Part shown: positions 62,265 through 64,000 of the stretch, one piece after another
Position numbering within the stretch: position 1 is the stretch's first letter
Layout: the number at the start of each line of letters is the position of its first letter
Assembly: GCA_965287045.1 (NCBI GenBank)
Contig: OZ336880.1
Span: forward strand, 50,530,001 to 50,594,000
Direction of reading: 5' to 3'
Origin: Carcharhinus amblyrhynchos
Taxonomy: Eukaryota
Length of the DNA stretch: 64,000 nucleotides
Notes under the pieces: generated by a model
The model's database searches: none
What the model was told of the DNA's origin: nothing
The model's input: only the letters and a program-made list of their open reading frames with translations
Program-made: the position numbers and the translations under genes

Positions 62265-62931
62265 GTTACTACCTCAAGTGAAATAGCAAATGAATGTTTA
62301 TATAGTACAACATAATTGAAAATGGAAAAGCATTTATCTACATAATTGTGCTAAAACTTTCTAATTTTGTAATTCTGAATACATCATATACTAGTAATAG
62401 CCTCGAATGAATAAACCTTTTAAAATGTTACTTTTTGTTAATGTTCTTGAATGCAGAATAATATAAGCACATAGGAATCATTTGTGAGCACCTCATGTTC
62501 TGCATTTAGCAGGAACTGGCAGCATCTTTAGAAACCTAATCATGAATAAGAAGCTTTCTGAATGCAATGTCTAGACTGGAAATGTTTGCATGGTTGGTAA
62601 ATGTGCCCCAATACTGTTTTCCCCAATGTCTGAGGATTGTCCATTTCCCAGGTTCAATGAGATGAAAAGAGGACAGAGTCCTGCCATGCATCCTTTTAAT
62701 ATTGTCCCTTGATTTGCTGGCTTCTTTACACATGTGGTTTGATCCTGCATCTTGGAAACTCTATGAGAATGACCAAATTCTCTAAAGTTGAATCTTCTGA
62801 GAAATGGTCAGACATTTTGCTTTTAAGGTGTACTTCATTTGTCCAGCAACCAGAGAGTGAATGTGGAGGAATATGAGTGCCTTAGATCTTTCTTCAGTCA
62901 AAGTCAATTCTGAATGTTTTAAAGTTTAATA

Positions 62932-63565
62932 GCCAGAATTTTACACTCCTCCAAGTGGGTTCTGAGGTGGGGAGAGTAAAATTGTATGCATGGATTCCCT
63001 CCAGGATTCCACCACCCCACAATTTTATGGTGGGGCAGGCAGGCTCTGAAACATGAAGCCTGCCCTTGCAGTCACTTTCAGGCCTCAGTTTTTAGGCTGG
63101 CAGCCATCGGTTGAAACGAAAAAGGTCTTTACCCGTGATTTAGCACAGAAGGTGGGGTTTGTCTCAATCTGAAGATGCCTTCAGATTTGGGATGCCCTTC
63201 TGTCAAGGACCTGGGAACTCCGGGCCTCCCTCACCCCCCTGGTCTACCAGCCTTACCCCGATTCCCAGGGCATCCAGTGCCCTCTAAGCCCCAGAACCCC
63301 TGTTATTCACCTGAAGTGTGGTCCTAGGACTGAGGCTCAGTACCTCTTCCGGCCACTGCAGCGCTGTGCCTGGAGGGGGAGGAGAGCTGTCAGCCAATCT
63401 GATTGGCCGATAGCTCTCCAAAGTGGGACCTCTATCCAAGGGCAGACAGAAGTCCCATTTGCTGCCACTTAACACTCAGCTAAGTGTAAAAAGCCTCTGA
63501 GGGCCAGTGGGGATGCATTCTTTAGGGATGGCTCCCACCAAGCACATATCCTGAAAAATCAGGCA
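62932..63565. mobile_element. GC-rich non-autonomous DNA element, putatively Harbinger-type (similar GC islands at ~15260-16630, 23000-23580, 25320-27560, 29128-30185, 36950-38260, 52235-52995)
   Basis: Abrupt GC-rich blocks in AT-rich DNA, bounded by imperfect inverted ends (e.g. GCCAGAATTTT...AAAAATCAGGC), with shared CAGCCAAT..GATTGGC motifs. Confidence 0.45.
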
Positions 63566-64000
63566 TAAATTTCTTTTCTAGTCTGTGATTAACTGAACTA
63601 AATAATAAACACCATAGAAACCACAGTGATAAACAATTCCAAAGCCAATTTGTGTGTTAGCCAGATGCCACACAAATATGTTGAGCTTTGCCTTTCTAAT
63701 TCTTTATATAATCTCTTGCCTATTTTGAAGTGGTCCAGATTTTGTGGCCAGCGATGAAGTAATGGCATTCACCACTGACCTCATGAAAAGCTATACACAA
63801 AGGTCTAGTAATCTCTGTGGTGTGGATTTCCCTTTTCTCAACGTGACCTTTATTCTGGTGTCAGCTCAAAGGGACCTCCAGTGTCCAGCAATCGTAGTGT
63901 CATCGAGCAGGCTAAGCAACCGAGCACATTCATGAATTCTTAGACTGGGAAGTAACCACCATCATTGTCCTTCACTCTTATAATCATTTTACAAAGAACA

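Overview
This is eukaryotic (vertebrate) genomic DNA, very probably from a shark or other cartilaginous fish, judging by the HE1-like V-SINEs, Deu-domain SINEs, CR1 LINEs and Penelope elements. Bases 97-30693 (+) hold the last seven coding exons of smooth-muscle myosin light chain kinase (MYLK): the kinase C-lobe, the autoinhibitory/calmodulin-binding segment and the C-terminal telokin Ig domain. All six internal introns are GT-AG and in phase. I found no other host gene. The rest is AT-rich intronic or intergenic DNA packed with transposon debris: tRNA-SINEs with two different LINE-derived tails, CR1 and Rex/Babar LINEs, a tRNA-headed LINE with no ORF1 plus its short internally deleted derivatives, PIF/Harbinger relics and MITEs, a Gypsy remnant and Penelope-like elements (PLEs). 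The most notable observations are: (1) a ~1.2-kb PLE fold-back with ~445-bp arms, a 13-bp TSD and a minimal hammerhead ribozyme in each arm; (2) miniature hairpin derivatives of that PLE, one folding back at the predicted ribozyme cleavage site; (3) a probable KDZ/HMGXB3-like transposase fossil just 3' of MYLK; (4) several short locally templated duplications and inversions. All calls were made by eye, without alignment or database searches, and most repeat boundaries are approximate.
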